From assembly GCF_009914755.1 (NCBI RefSeq), contig NC_060925.1: a stretch of 64,000 bases of DNA; one strand, written 5' to 3'. Position numbers and translations under genes: made by a program. The stretch comes from the human T2T-CHM13v2.0 reference genome, Homo sapiens. Positions 36,251 through 53,305 of this stretch are shown one piece after another (the stretch's first letter is position 1; each line of letters starts with the position of its first letter). The notes below the pieces were generated by a model that was not told the origin of the DNA, made no database searches, and saw only the letters and a list, made by a program, of their open reading frames with translations.

Positions 36251-36476
36251 AAGAGGTTTTCTCAGCCTCCGCGCTACTGACATTTTGGGCTGGATAATTC
36301 TTTGTTGGTGGGGGTGGCAGGGGAGCTGTTCTGTGCATTGTAGGATGTTTAGCAGCATCCATGGCCCCTGAGCACCAGATGCCAGTAGCATCGTCTCCCT
36401 AGCTGGACATCCAGAATGTCTCCAGACACTGCCAAAAGTCTCACAGGGGGAAGTCACCCCTAGCTGAAAACCACTG
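36251..36476 (-). mobile_element. MER20
   Basis: ttctcagcctc...actgacattttgggctggataattctttgttg...aatgtctccagaca...gaaaaccactg. Confidence 0.8.
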
Positions 36477-37355
36477 GGCTAACCAAAACACCTCCTCCTT
36501 CAGGAAGTCTTCCTGGAGTCTCCTGGTTGGAATTCAACTCTATTTCTCCTGGTTACCAACTGCACAGAGCCCCTAGCCCAGCCACCTGGGGCAGGACAGA
36601 GGCTTTTAATGATGTGTCTGCCTCCTTCCTGGGCTGACAGCATTTTGAAGGCTTTCAATTAGCAAGCTTGAAGCTTCTCTGTGCCAGGCACTGGAAGACA
36701 GCAGGGACCAAAACCACCAAGCCATTGCCCCCACAGCATTCTCACTTTAAGGGACAGACCCCCCCCCCCGCCCCCCGATTGAGTCACTATGAGGGTGATG
36801 ACAGGCTCCAAGGAGAAGAGTCCTTGGGCCTGACTTAGTCTGGGGATAGGAAAGGCTTCCCTGAGGAGGTGACATTTGAGCTGAAATCTGGTACAGAAAG
36901 CCCGGTGCAGAAAGTGTTTCTGACAGAGAGAACAGCACGTCCAAAGGCCCTGAGGTCGGAACCACCTTGGCATATTTGAAGAACTGGGGGAAGGCCCAAT
37001 GACCTAAGGCAGAGTGAAGTGGGAGATGTGGCAAGAAGGGCCAGGGTGACCTCCCAGGAAGAACTTGGCAATAACCCAGGACTTCTTTTAAGAGCAAGAG
37101 GAGCCTTGGGAGTTGGCAAGGGGTGGCCTGACAAGGTGTGTGCTTTGGTGACCTCGTTCTGGCAGCTGGTAGGGAGGCTGACGGGGCCAGAGCACTTGTC
37201 TGGTTTTTCTAGAAAAATTCTAGCATAGGCCTCCAAGGTAACATGATGTCCACATGCTATATGGTACATTATACCCTAGCAATACCTTGTAACAAGCTCA
37301 CAATATCCCTGCAGGGAAGCAGCCACATTAAATGGGGAGATAAAGATGATAAATA

Positions 37356-37694
<339 letters not shown>

Positions 37695-38128
37695 TTACTG
37701 TGATAAATATACATATCATGAAATTTAACATCTTAACCAATTTTAAGTGTACAATTCAGTGGTATTAACTACATTTACATTATTATGCAACTATCCCCAA
37801 TATCCATCGCCATGAATTCTTTTCCTCCTGTAAAAGTAAAACTTTATTCTCTGTCTTTTGGTCTACAGCTTCATATCTATCCTTAGCCCCCTTTGCCATG
37901 TTATTCCTCTATCTCTCCTGCCTGATGGAAAAAGCATGAAGTAAATTATCTGCCTTCTCTGTGGTGCATGTGGACTACTGAGCAGGTGTAGTAAGATTGC
38001 TGTCACTGTAAATTTATCATCACCAGCTTCAGCTGGGCTTCTCCGTACTGCCAGTCACTCTTGTGCTGTTTCCATAGTGATTTCTCCATAATCCTCTTCA
38101 TATTTCAAACCTTATCTACTCTCTATAA

Positions 38129-38444
<316 letters not shown>

Positions 38445-38670
38445 CAAATCAACTTTTAATGGAAATAAGTTTTAATGCAAAACTTGGTGAGTGGGGGACT
38501 GGATTTTCAGAGCTTTTGTTGCTGTGGGAACCATAGATAAGGGATTATGGAGCCATGTTGGGTAAAAATGTTCCAAACGGAATCTTCATTCATAAACACG
38601 GCCTGTGCCTGGGCCAGTTTGAATGTCAAGGATCCAGAGATAGCATGGAAATGATTTTGGCCTGCAGAGA

Positions 38671-38746
38671 GCACGTGCATGCACGTGTGTGTGTATGTGT
38701 GTGTGTGTGCGTGCATGTGTGCATGTGCATGTGTGTGTATGTATAC
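38671..38746. repeat. Alternating purine-pyrimidine (GT/GC/AT)n microsatellite
   Basis: 76 bp of uninterrupted R-Y alternation. Confidence 0.9.
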
Positions 38747-39163
38747 CTTTCCTGTATACTAGAGGGGTTAAAGAGGGCTTCATGGGGAAAGTGGCATTTG
38801 GACTGGGCCTTAACAGATGTGTAGGAGTTCTGCTGCTGTTCCCAAAATGGCTGTTCCTGTGGCTGTCTCCCTGCCCCCACCAGAACACCCTGTGCAGAAT
38901 CTGTGTCTTATTTTCCCCAGCAGGGGCCAGGCACGGAGTAGGCACTCAAGGGACCAAAGGGAAGAGACACAGCCAGAAAGCCAGAGGAATATGATTCCAG
39001 GAGACTGAGGTCCTGAGGGCATGGAAATCAGCCTGCAACAGCAGTCTACTAGGTTCTGGCCTCGGTTAGTACTCTTCTTCTCCCACAAAGCCGCCTGAGG
39101 GGGACAGCCTAGCAGATGCTGTGGCCCAGGGTCTCCCCACAAGCGGATGGCCAGCCCCACTCA

Positions 39164-39355
<192 letters not shown>

Positions 39356-39929
39356 TCAGCCAAACCAGGCCTCCCTGCTCTTTGGCCCAACAAAACCTCT
39401 AAAATGCCCAGGGTTGGACCAGCCTCCCAGGTACACATACTCTGTGCTTGGAGAGAGGCCTGGAGGGGCCACGCCCAGTGATTAACAGTATCTCCCTCTA
39501 GGTGGAGGGACTGCGAGAAAGGAGGGGGGATGCTTGTTTTTGGATTATTTGTGGTTTTTACAACAAGCAGGTATTTATCACATTTATAAATGTAAAGCTC
39601 TGTTGCCTACAGCCAGCCAGCAGCTCTATTCACTGTGTACACCCAACGGAAACGGATGGACAAGGGTTGTGGAAGTTCATGATAGCCAAGAAACAGAAAC
39701 AGCCCAAATGGCCACCAGCAGAAGGACAGATAAACAAACTGCGGTGTGTTCATGCAAGGGAATAACACACAGGCCAGGTGAAGAAAGCAAGCAACATAGT
39801 CACATAAGGCTGGGTGAAGAAAGCAAGACCCACACCACTTAGGAAGCTCAAAACCAACGGAAATATCACAATATGCTGTTCAGACATGAGTACAAAGCTG
39901 AGAAAGCTATTTAAAAAAAAAATAGAGTA

Positions 39930-40160
39930 GGGCCAAGGTGGGCGCATCACTTGAGGTCAGGAGTTTGAGACCAGCCTGGCCAACGTGGTGAAACCCCCAT
40001 CTCTACTAAAAATACAAAAATACAAAAATTAGCTGGAGGCTGAGGCAGGAAAATCGCTTGAACCCAGGAGGCGGAGGTTGCAGTGAGCCAAGATCACACC
40101 ACTGCACTCCGGCCTGGGCGACAGAGCAAGACTCCGTCTCAACAACAACAACAACAAAAA
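39930..40160 (+). mobile_element. Truncated Alu within an old L1 remnant
   Basis: Partial Alu, (CAA)n tail. Confidence 0.88.
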
Positions 40161-41015
40161 AGGGTAGGGGACAATAAACATAATACTCTAGGTAGTGATT
40201 CCCCTGTTGGGTACATGGACAGGGTGAGGAGGAGCCCCAGGGTGAGGAGAGTTATTGCCAGTGTTCTGTCCTCCAGTCGGGTGTGGTGTTGGTGGGTGTT
40301 CATTATTTGTAAAAATTTAATAAATAAAACAAAATTTCATTTATGGTGCAATCATTACAGTGAATCCTAAAGCAAGGACTAGGATTAATCCAATTCTCAT
40401 CTCTCCAGGTCAAAAAGATAGAAAAAAAGCTATGAAATTAACCAGCACCCCAACACTAAAATGCATATGTCCCTCTCCTGCTAAATACACATATATAATG
40501 ATGATAATATGTTCTCATTATAACCCAGGCTTTCAGGCAAAAGCATGCAGTGATCGTTCTCATCATTCCCACCGTGTGGTGAGGAGACCTGGGCTCCAAC
40601 TTCGTCAGACCTAGGTTCAAATCCCTGCTCATCATTTTCTAATCATGTGACCTTGGGAAAGTGACCCCTCTCCTCTAAGTCTCCCCTTCACAGGCCTCTG
40701 AGGTGAAGATTAAATAACAAATGTAAATGTTAGCAAAAACAAACTGTAATGTGTGTAAGGTATGTAAAAACTACATACCTATACCGTGTGCAAAAAGTCT
40801 GGTACATCATAGGTGCTACAATGCTTGTTGAACGAATCAAATGGAAAGCAGGCTTTGAGACAATGCCTATCACCCCCATATGACCCTTAACAGGAAATGC
40901 AGCAGTCGCACAGTGGAAACAGCATCCCGGTAATGGTGGGAGCGTGTGTACTCAGGATGTGAGGAGATGATGCCCATCACTTCCCTTTAAGCCCCGCCAG
41001 GGGCAGGAGTGTGAA

Positions 41016-41265
<250 letters not shown>

Positions 41266-41990
41266 CTAGTCAGGAGGCCTGGGACAAATCCTCACACCCC
41301 AACTTCCCCAAAAGCAAAGGGAACCTATGTCAGCACCTCTCCTGTCCCCTACCTCGTCACCCAGTGCTTCAGAGCATTCGTCACTGTCCCTAGAAGCTAG
41401 CTCATACCCTCCTCCAAGCACCACTGTAGGTGCTGTGTACCCAGCAACATCAGATGCACTGTGGGGCGTTAGAACCTTCCAGGGCTCTTGAGGAGGGTAA
41501 GGCCACTTTCCCCTATGCTGCAGAGCCCCTCACTGCTTGCGGTCAGCCACTGCTGCCTCCAGGACAGCTGCATGTGGTCATGGCACAAAGACCTAGATGG
41601 ACCATGACACCCCAGACCACTTCTTCTCATGTTGTCCCATTGACTCGGCTGCTGAAACCATATTCCCCTCTGGGGCCCATGCGATCACTAGGATAATTAA
41701 ATCAGTAAACTTAACTGCACATACAACTCTAAACACCCATTGGCCTGAGGAGCAGAGCCCTGGCCTTGTGACAGCTTTCCCTTTCCTTGACTTGCAGGTT
41801 CTCAGCCAGTAGTGCTATCGCATAAGTGGGTCTCACCTGCCCCCCACACCCTCACTAGAGAGCCATGCCTCAAAAGGCCCCAGCTCTGACCCATGTGTGT
41901 CCTGGCATGGACACCAGGGCCTGGCCCCCTAGGCGATGACAGGGAAGAAAACTGCCCCTTCCTGGGCCTGGAGCTGGCCACCTGGGCTTA

Positions 41991-42200
<210 letters not shown>

Positions 42201-42642
42201 CTAGCAAGAAAGAACACAGGCTTAGAGGTCAAACAGAAGAGGTTTGATATTCTGGCAAAAAAGTCACTTAACTTCTCTGAGGCTCAGTGCCTTCACTGGT
42301 CAAATGGGGACAGTTACCACCTGATCAGTCCTGGGGCTGAGGCTATACAGCAGCTCCTGGTCAACCCGCTTCCTGGCCAGGTGATGCTGCTCCTGGCAGC
42401 TCCCAACCTGTCCGACGTTTCGGCTCCTCTCCTTAATGTCTCTTCGTGTCCAGCCTGGCCTACCCTCCTGCCCACCCAGGTCTTGCTGCCTCCTCCTCTA
42501 CTCTGTCACCCTGGTCCCTAAAAGCTGCCCAGTGACTGGCTCAGACAACATAGCTCCTGAGGCAGGGCCAACAGGGACAGCTCTTAGCACATGCAGACAC
42601 AACCTCTTAGCCAAAAGCAGCAGTGCGAATAGTGGCATGTTA

Positions 42643-42915
<273 letters not shown>

Positions 42916-43620
42916 TCATCTCCACCCTCCTCCATTCTGCAGTGAGGTGAGGGGACCAGAGGTCCGGGCACGGGGAGGGCCTTGGCCAGGTCTAATCTGC
43001 TCACTGCTACTCAAAAGACCTCGGATTCTGTTTCCAGCTTGCCTTCTTCCTGCTGAGTGGCCCTAAGTGATCTACCAGATTTGAGCCTCAGTTCCTCATC
43101 AGCTCGGTAGGGGTGGCAGCAGCATAGCTGCCATGAGCACTGAGAAAGGGTTTAGTGCATGTCGGCCAGAGGCTGCCCTTCCCTGCACCCAGTGCCACCC
43201 TCTTGCCTTCTGCCCCCACCTCCTGCAGGCTGAGCCCAAGTCCTGTCTGTGAGATCCTGTTTAGCCCAAACCCCACCCCTGGGCCGCCCTCAACCTCACT
43301 TCCCTGGACCTCCTCACTAGTCACCTGCTGCCTCTTCCCACTCCCTCCCCTCATCTGATCATGGTGCCCAGTGGTTACACCTTCCCATGGCTCCCACATC
43401 CTAGGAGATCCTGCCGGGGCTAAAGCTCCATGAGACGCCGGCTCTGCCCACCTCTCCAGCCCTCTTGATGTTTCTGCTCCTCACCCACCCCCATCTGGTC
43501 ACATTCAAGATTGCACCCCCAGCCACACTGAACCACACAAACCTTCCATGAGAAAATCCCACATTTCCCTCCTCCAGGCCTTTGCCCAGCCTGTTCCCTC
43601 AGATTGCAATGCCCTTCTTC

Positions 43621-43770
43621 GGCCAGGTGTGGTGGCACAGGCCTGTAATCCCAGCACTCTGGGAGGGCAAGGCTGGAGGATTGTTTGAGCCCAGGAGTTT
43701 GAGACCAGCCTGAGAAACATAGTGAGACACTGTCTCTAAAAAGTAATAATAATTTTTTTAAAAAAGAAAG
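43621..43770 (+). mobile_element. Alu monomer (FLAM-like)
   Basis: Left-monomer consensus. Confidence 0.85.
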
Positions 43771-45771
43771 AAATGCTCTTCCTCTACATCTCCTGACATA
43801 TCTGTCAAGGCCTCAAATGCCTCCCAGACCACTGGGAATCCAGGCCTCCTCCTCAGGGACTCCATCTGTAACTGAGGCACGGGCCACGCTGAACTGACAT
43901 CAGCATAGGCTCAGCTCTCCCCATACTGTGGGCACCTCGAGGACAGAGCTTGTGTGTGACTCATCTCTGTCCTCAGCACCGATGTCAGGGCTGAGCCAAG
44001 GTGGCCTCAGGAGCCTCTGGGCTCCCTGCTCCTTCACCGACCCAGGCTCCTCAGCTGAAGGGTGTGTTGGGGGCAGGGGGTGGCATTTAGTCCATCACAT
44101 GGAGAAGGCAACAGGCAGGGAGGGACGGGAACAATGCCAGGTCCTCTCTGTATGTGGAGGGAGTCACTTAACATGTCTGGGCCTAGATTTCTGCTTCTGC
44201 AAAATGGGGACGATAATGCCAGCCTGCCCGGGTCCCTGCGAGACTGTGGGACTGACTGAGAGCGCCTTTACTCCCTTCCCCAGGTCTCCTCGTGAATTAT
44301 TTATGAATCTCCTCAGTGCCAGGTTTATGCTGGGAACTTCAGAGGAAAGAGAGATGACTAAGGTTTACAGGCTGTTTGGTTGTGAAATCATGTGACTTTA
44401 CCCCTTTTCCTGCTTTTCCTGTTCATAAAACACTCATAAGTTAAGTTACTTCTGGGTGACACTCCTGTGATCCTTGAGGGTCAAAGGAAGGAAACCAAGG
44501 CTGCTCTACCACTCGCCAGCCAGGGGCACTCTCTGGATGCTCCCAGGCCTTTGCTAGGACTGCTTAATCTGCAGGCAGTGGCTTGTAGAGAGGAGCAGGC
44601 TGCCCAGAGTGGGGGCCAGAACCAGGTTTCAGAGTCCCTCAGACACAGGTTGGAGTCAGCTTTGCCAGCTACCAGCTGTGTGACCTGGCATGTCTCATGT
44701 CTCATAGCCTCTCTGAGCCTCAAGTTTTTCCCTGCGGAAGGAAAACCTTAACTCTTCTCCCCAATGGGTTTTTGCATGGCTTAAATAGAATACCCAGGCC
44801 AGGGGCCACTGCACCAAAGCTCGGTAAATATGAGTCCCTCCGTGTCCTGCGTCACTTCCCTGCATAAAGTCCTTCTCCTCGAGGAGGGGCTTCCCTGGCA
44901 GCACACAGACCCATCCCCCAGATAACACCCCCAGCCCCCAGGCCTCTCCATCTCTCAAGTCCTTGTCTCTCTCTTCCTCTCCCACTGCAGGTCTGAGGCC
45001 CGGGACTCAGCACCACCTGCCCAGCCCCACCTGTGGAAACTTGTCTGGTGCTGGGCCCAGAAAGAGGGACAGCCCCACCCGGGCAGCTGGCAGAAATGTG
45101 GAATTTCTAGTCTGAGGCCCAAGGCCCCAACAGGCACCTGTGGCTAAGAATACTAGCCCCTCCCCAGCCTACCTCCTGGAAGCCCCCAACTCTAGTCTGA
45201 ACTGGGAAATGAAGTACAGAGGTATGACAACCCTCAAACCTCAGGCACTCCAAGTTTAGCTTGTACCCAAGTTTGTATTTGCATATATATCATCTAGGCC
45301 GCTAGTCCCCTCATTCCTGAGCTGTCCTCTCACTCTGGGACATGTCTACTGGGGTCCCACCTTCTTGGGCCCAGACCGGCTGTCAGGATAGGGAGGGCAC
45401 TGGAAGGCAGAGGCAGCCCCTTGGCCTCTCCAAGTCTCTTCCTCTTCGTGCTCACTGAAGCTCCCCCTACTCCACTTTCTGGTCCTTTCAGACCCCACTT
45501 CATTGTCTTCCTCTCCAGCCCAAGTTGCTTCTATGGACTCCCCATCCCCAGTCCGCTGTCCATCACCCTGCCTTCTTCCTTCTGGGACCTGCCTCAGCTC
45601 CTCCCACTCCAGCCAAGGTGAGTGTCTCCATCTCTCAGATACTCTAGACCCTCATTCACTACTGAGCCTTTGCACAGGCTGTTCCCTCTGCCTAGAAACG
45701 CCCTCCATCTGGCTGACTCCTTCTCATCCAGTCCATCTCAGTGTAAATGTCACTTTTTCCAGTAAGCCTTC

Positions 45772-45925
45772 CAGGGCAGCTTCACGGGTGTGTGGTCTAT
45801 GCTGTTGCACAGGGCCTGTGCCTAAAAAGGGCCCATGTTTGGTTTAATTCTCTGCTGTCACTGTTTTTAAATTTTAATAATATTTGAACAAATGACCCTG
45901 AATTTCTATTTGGCAATGAGCCCCA
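45772..45925. mobile_element. MER45-like hAT MITE
   Basis: cagggcagcttcacgggtgtg...gttgcacagggcc...ttggtttaattctctgctgtc. Confidence 0.6.
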
Positions 45926-47217
45926 GGGAATGAGGCAGCCCTCCTGACCAGCCCCTTTCCCACAGGAAATGGGGTCCCTGGGTCGTTCTCGGCACCCCTT
46001 ATTGCTTGTTTCACCATTTCCCTGCTGGACCCTGAGAACAGCCCACGTCTTGCTCAGTAATGGAGCCCCAGCACCCAGCACACTGCCGGGCCCAGGAGGG
46101 CGCTCAAAGGCTGTTGCTGAATGAACCAGTGACAGGTGCCCAACCACCTCCATCCTTTGAGTCATAGCGTGACCTTGTCTTCATCACACAGAATGGCTCT
46201 GCTTCTGGAGTCTTAAAGGATGCCGCCGCCTTCCCAGCTATAAGCCTCCTGACCTGCCCATACTGGCTCATCACTCCCGCTGCCCATCCTCCCTCCTCCA
46301 GCCTGTCCCCTCTTCCTGACTGCTTAGCCTAGTGTCCTCATACCAGTCTCTCTCTTTCAACATACTCAATGCCAAGCCTGCCAACCTTCTGCTGAACCTA
46401 GCTAGGAGCCCAGCTCAGGAGCCATGCAACTGCCCACTTTCTCCACACTGCCACTGAGCAATGCTGGAGAAAGCTGCCCCCTACACAGACAGACACAGGC
46501 TGGACTGGGGCCTCAGCCTCGGCCAGGCCTGGCATCCTGCCCAGAAACACCTTTTCCCCTCTCCTTATTATCCCTGCAACACCACCTGGCCCCTCGCTCT
46601 TGGCAGGTGACCTTGCCTCTTCCCTCAGAAAACTACAGAACACTCAAGGGCATACCCTGAACTTGCTGCACCCCCACACATGCCCCCAGTGCACCCTTTC
46701 CACCTCCTTCACTCCTCATGGTTTGGGGGAGGCAGATGTGAGGCCCTGCCCAAGGTAAATGACGCCAACCCAAGGGGGAGGGCAAACCACACACACAGCA
46801 GTCAGTGTGTGGTTTGTGCAGCTGGAGGACCTGGATCCAAATCCCACTCTGCCATTTATTAACCACGATCATGTAATTCAAGAAAGCCAAAAGCAGTAGC
46901 CTCCATGTCCCAGAGACAGTGCGTCAGGTCAGACTCAGTGCTAAGTGAAATATGCTAGAAGCAGAGACAATGCTACTCAAAGGCATGACTTATGGAAAGC
47001 AGAGGCAAGGCGGGGAAGGGAGCTAGGAAAGCCCAGATGCCCCATGCAGAGAGAAAGAGGAGCACCATCCCCCACTGCATGGGACCAGGACAATTAAACG
47101 AGACAATGTGTGCAGCGAAGAACAGCGAATGACACTGGGCCCAACATCTTCTGAAGCTTTGGTGGCCATCAGTGAGGAAGGGAGGCTGTTTTCCAGCAAG
47201 AATTGTTTTCTCTAGAC

Positions 47218-47335
47218 CCGTGGTTCTCAATGGAAGTGCCAGGGTATCCCCACTCCCAATGTGAGGACATGTGGCAATTTCTGCAGACATTTTGGGTTGT
47301 CACAGGTGGTCTGGGGGTGGTGTGCTACTGACATT
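47218..47335 (+). mobile_element. MER20 fragment
   Basis: gtggttctcaa...ggcaatttctgcagacattttgggttgtcaca...tgctactgaca. Confidence 0.7.
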
Positions 47336-47370
47336 ACTATTTGGAGGAAAACTGTTAAAAAGAAAGAAAG

Positions 47371-47737
<367 letters not shown>

Positions 47738-49541
47738 CTACTTCCCACGTGAGATAACAGGTGGCCCCATGGGAAGACTGGATTCCTGGGGTGTCTCTGT
47801 TAGGACGAGGGTTTCCTTTGGCGATCCTGAGTGCTACAGGACTCCTGTTAGAATGCCCTCCTGAGGTGAGGGGGCCACAGAGGGAAAAGCCCTTTCAGGG
47901 ACCATGTGGCAGGGACAGCTCGAGGACCCAGGCACAGCCACAGCCTTTGGTTTTAATATTTTCTCCTGTGTTTCGACTCCCTTCTGTTGGCCCCAAGTCT
48001 GCAGGACAGTTTAGAGTAGGCTGAGGCATGGCCTTATCGGGGCTTCAGTGGGTGAGGAGAAAGGTGCCTGATGTGTCTGTGCTTGGGGTGTGGGACCGGC
48101 TGAGCAGCTGTGTCCTGGGCAGCTGGATTCCAGTGCAGGAGGGTGGCTATGGTCTGGGGTCCAGGCTCGAGTGAGTGACAGGAAATGACTAGGGGAGAAG
48201 CAGGAGCTGGAGAGCCTTCCAAGAAAACTGAGAGGGGAACCTGGACATTCCAAGACAGAGCAGGCTGCGGCTGGGCCTGCCTCAGGCCATGGTCATGCTC
48301 TTGCTGCAGGCCCTGACCCACCCAGCCTGATCCCCTCAAGCCAGGTCCCCTCAGACAGTGGGAGTATGGTGTGGAGACTGCCACACGCCCTGGAACACCC
48401 ACCCCACCCCAGAAGCTGGGCCACTGACCCTAGACGGGAGAAAGATGGGTCCATGATGTCTACAGAAATTGAAGAGGTCAGGCCTGGGGACTTGTGGAAA
48501 CCAGTCCCCTGGCCTCAGCATTCACTTTTCCTTGGAGCTTGGGTGCAGGGGACAAGCTGGAGCTGAAAAGAAGGGGACTACGGAGAGTAGGTGGCAGAGA
48601 TGATTAGACCCCAGCCCCTAGTCTCCCAATTCAGGCCGCCAGGGCTCTCTGTCCAGGCTGAGAAATGGACGACTCCTCTCTGGAGAAGTTAAGCCATCCC
48701 GGGTGCTGACATCTGGGGGCCAGCTCTCTAGGTCATCCAAAGCCAACCCCACCAACTACAAGGCAGCTTGGCACAGACCTCCCAGCTGGCCTTCGCATGA
48801 ACTCATTCTTAAACAGGACTAGACAGACAGCCAGGGATGGTTGGGTTTTTGAAGAAAGCACCCCATGAGAAGAGGATTCCCCATTAAACAGACTCCAGGA
48901 ACATGGAGAAAGCCTAGTTATGCAGGAAAAGAATGAAACATTTTAAAGAGAAATAATATTGTGACAATAATAACAATAAATACTTTATTAGATACTTAAT
49001 ACATGCCAGGCACTGTCCTAAGGGCCTCATATTCCAAATATAGATATAAAGAAGTTGGTGCACCATAAACCAAGAAGAAGATGTTATAGGGAAAAAAGAA
49101 CATTCAGAGAATAAAGAATACCAGGAAATTAATCATATGGTTACAGAGATAAAGAAGTCAACAGAAGGAATTAATGAGAAGGGTGAGGAAATCTTCCAAA
49201 AATCAGATGGAATAAAAAGATAAAGCAATGGGAAAAAGGAGAGGGAGAGGGAAGAGGCTCAGAAGAGGACTGACCTAGGAGGTCCAAAAGGTGAGTTAAA
49301 GAAAGCCCAGGAAAGGGAAACAAGACGGAACCATCGTACAAGAGCACTTCCCAGAACTGAGAACCCGCATAACAATCCAGGATAAAAAAGACTTCATTGC
49401 CACACATCATGGTAAAATTCCAGATTTTCAGAAATACAAGAGCCAATCCTAAACCTTTCTGGAGAAGGAGTAAGAAGAATTAGGGTTCTCACAGCTACAG
49501 TAAATGCTAGAACACTGAAGCAAGGTATTCAAAATTCTTAG

Positions 49542-51122
<1,581 letters not shown>

Positions 51123-51622
51123 TGAATTACATCTCAATTTTTAAAACTGAGAAAAAGTGATAAGTAAAGAAAAAGGAGTATACGCCCATTATTGATTTGT
51201 ATTTACAGAAACATGGCAGTGAGTACTCAAGGAAATGGTCAAGTGAGCAGCCCTCTTGATTGCCCTAAAACACCCAGGAAAGCAGGCAACCTAAGTCTTT
51301 AGTGCTTTGGGGAAAAATAAACAAAGGAGTCATGTGAGAGCTGGTGAGGATGAAACTCCAAGTGGATTCTGCGGGAACAAGTAACAAAGTGTGAAGAACC
51401 CTCAAGAGCCTAAGAAGAAGCAAGTCACAGTGACCTTGGAGAGGGCCTGGCTGCACACAGGCCGTGGAATGGAGCTTGAGCCATTTTTATGGGACTTCTC
51501 AGAGGTCCTGGTGACCCAGAAAGCCAAAGGCATTTAGTTACACAGGGTTCCTCTCATACAAGACCTCTGGTTCTCCCTGACCGTCATGCACACCCCCTAC
51601 CCCAACCGGGGCTTGAGCCTCA

Positions 51623-52000
<378 letters not shown>

Positions 52001-52020
52001 TCAGGAATCAATGATCTTAC

Positions 52021-52064
52021 CCTCCACAAGGGTAAAGGGAGTCTTTGTGGCCCTTCTGGCCCAT
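52021..52064 (-). CDS. TTC39A: TTC39A alternative proximal first coding exon, MGQKGHKDSLYPCGG
   Basis: ATG 52064; donor GG|GTAAGA; phase 2, in frame with exon 2; matches an N-terminus I recall for TTC39A. Confidence 0.8.
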
Positions 52065-52329
52065 TGGGCTCTGCTGCCCCCCCAGGGGGTGCAGCCCAGC
52101 CACTAAATCCCACAGCCCCTTTTTCCCTCCTCCTTCTCCAAGGCCTCCTCCCTCCCCCAGGCCTGGACTCTAGAATCCCTGACGTTGTCACAATGGGCTG
52201 TCACACTATGGGTCAGCAGCCCCAAACGAGAGGCCCAGGGCCTTTCAAATTCACTTTGCCAATGGCTCCTCCAGAATACCTGAGCCCTTTCCAGTCCTTA
52301 CGTTTCTCTATAGCTTTTACCACCCTCTG

Positions 52330-52515
52330 ACGTGATATATTTTACTTATTTTTGTGTTTATTGTCTGTCTCCCTCCACTAAACTATAAGCTTCCAGGAAG
52401 CAAGAATCTTTAACTGCTGTATCCCCAGCAACTAGTATCCAGTACAAAGTAGGCTTTTAATAAATATCTGTTAGGTAAATGAATGAATGAATGAATGAAT
52501 GAATGAATGAATGAA
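52330..52515. mobile_element. L2 3' end with (GAAT)n tail
   Basis: tgtctgtctccctccacta...aataaatatctg...(gaat)n. Confidence 0.8.
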
Positions 52516-52899
52516 GAGTCTAAGGCTAGGAAAGCAAACCCCTGACTTTTCTGGGTCTCAGCTTTCCCATATAAAAATGAGAGATGAAACTAAGAGATCC
52601 CAGAAGCCCTGCCTATTTGATGTTTTGATAATGCCTCTTCTCAAGGGGCCTCCTTTGAGTGAAAGAATGTTCCAGAAAGAGGCTTGATACTCTCCCTGAA
52701 GGGAAATCCTATTTCCCAGAAGTTAGTTAAAAGAAATTCCCTCTCCACCAGGTAAACTCCTACATATACCTTAGGGCCCAGCTCTAAAGTCTCCCACTCT
52801 GAGATGCATCAGTAGATCTTCCCAGGCAAATTGAAACATGTCTTTTTCAAAACTGAACTCGTGTTCATTCTCCCAATCTGTTCTCCCCCAGTCTTTGCC

Positions 52900-53305
52900 T
52901 TTCTTTTTTTTGGTGGATATGGGGTCTCGCCATGTTGCCCAGGCTGGTCTCAACAAACTCCTGGGCTCAAGTGATCCTCTTGCCTCAGCATCCCAACGTG
53001 TTGGGATTACAGGCGTGAGACACCATGCTTGTCCACTCCTCTACCCAATAAGCAACACTCCTCTACCCAATTCCCCAAGCCAAAAATCTGATAATCATCT
53101 TTGCCACATCCCTTCTCTGGCCTCTGTCATCCCCTCCATCACTAAACTCCACTAAATCCCATCATTTCTACTTCCTTTTTTATAAAGAATTTTTACAGAG
53201 ATAGGGTCTCATATGTTGCCCAGGCTGGTCTTGAACTCCTGGGCTCAAGTGATCCTCCCACCTCATCCTCCCAAAGTGCTGGGATTATAGGTATAAGCCA
53301 CAGCC
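52900..53305 (-). mobile_element. Two Alu monomers (52900-53030, 53175-53305)
   Basis: Left-monomer consensus, reverse orientation. Confidence 0.82.

Noticed and set aside
39777-39827. 15-bp direct repeat ggtgaagaaagcaag, 36 bp apart
   Set aside because: Small duplication within an L1 remnant with no functional hint
45277-45284. Octamer ATTTGCAT with adjacent TTTGT
   Set aside because: A single 8-mer is expected by chance in 64 kb, and the orientation does not match the Oct-Sox composite
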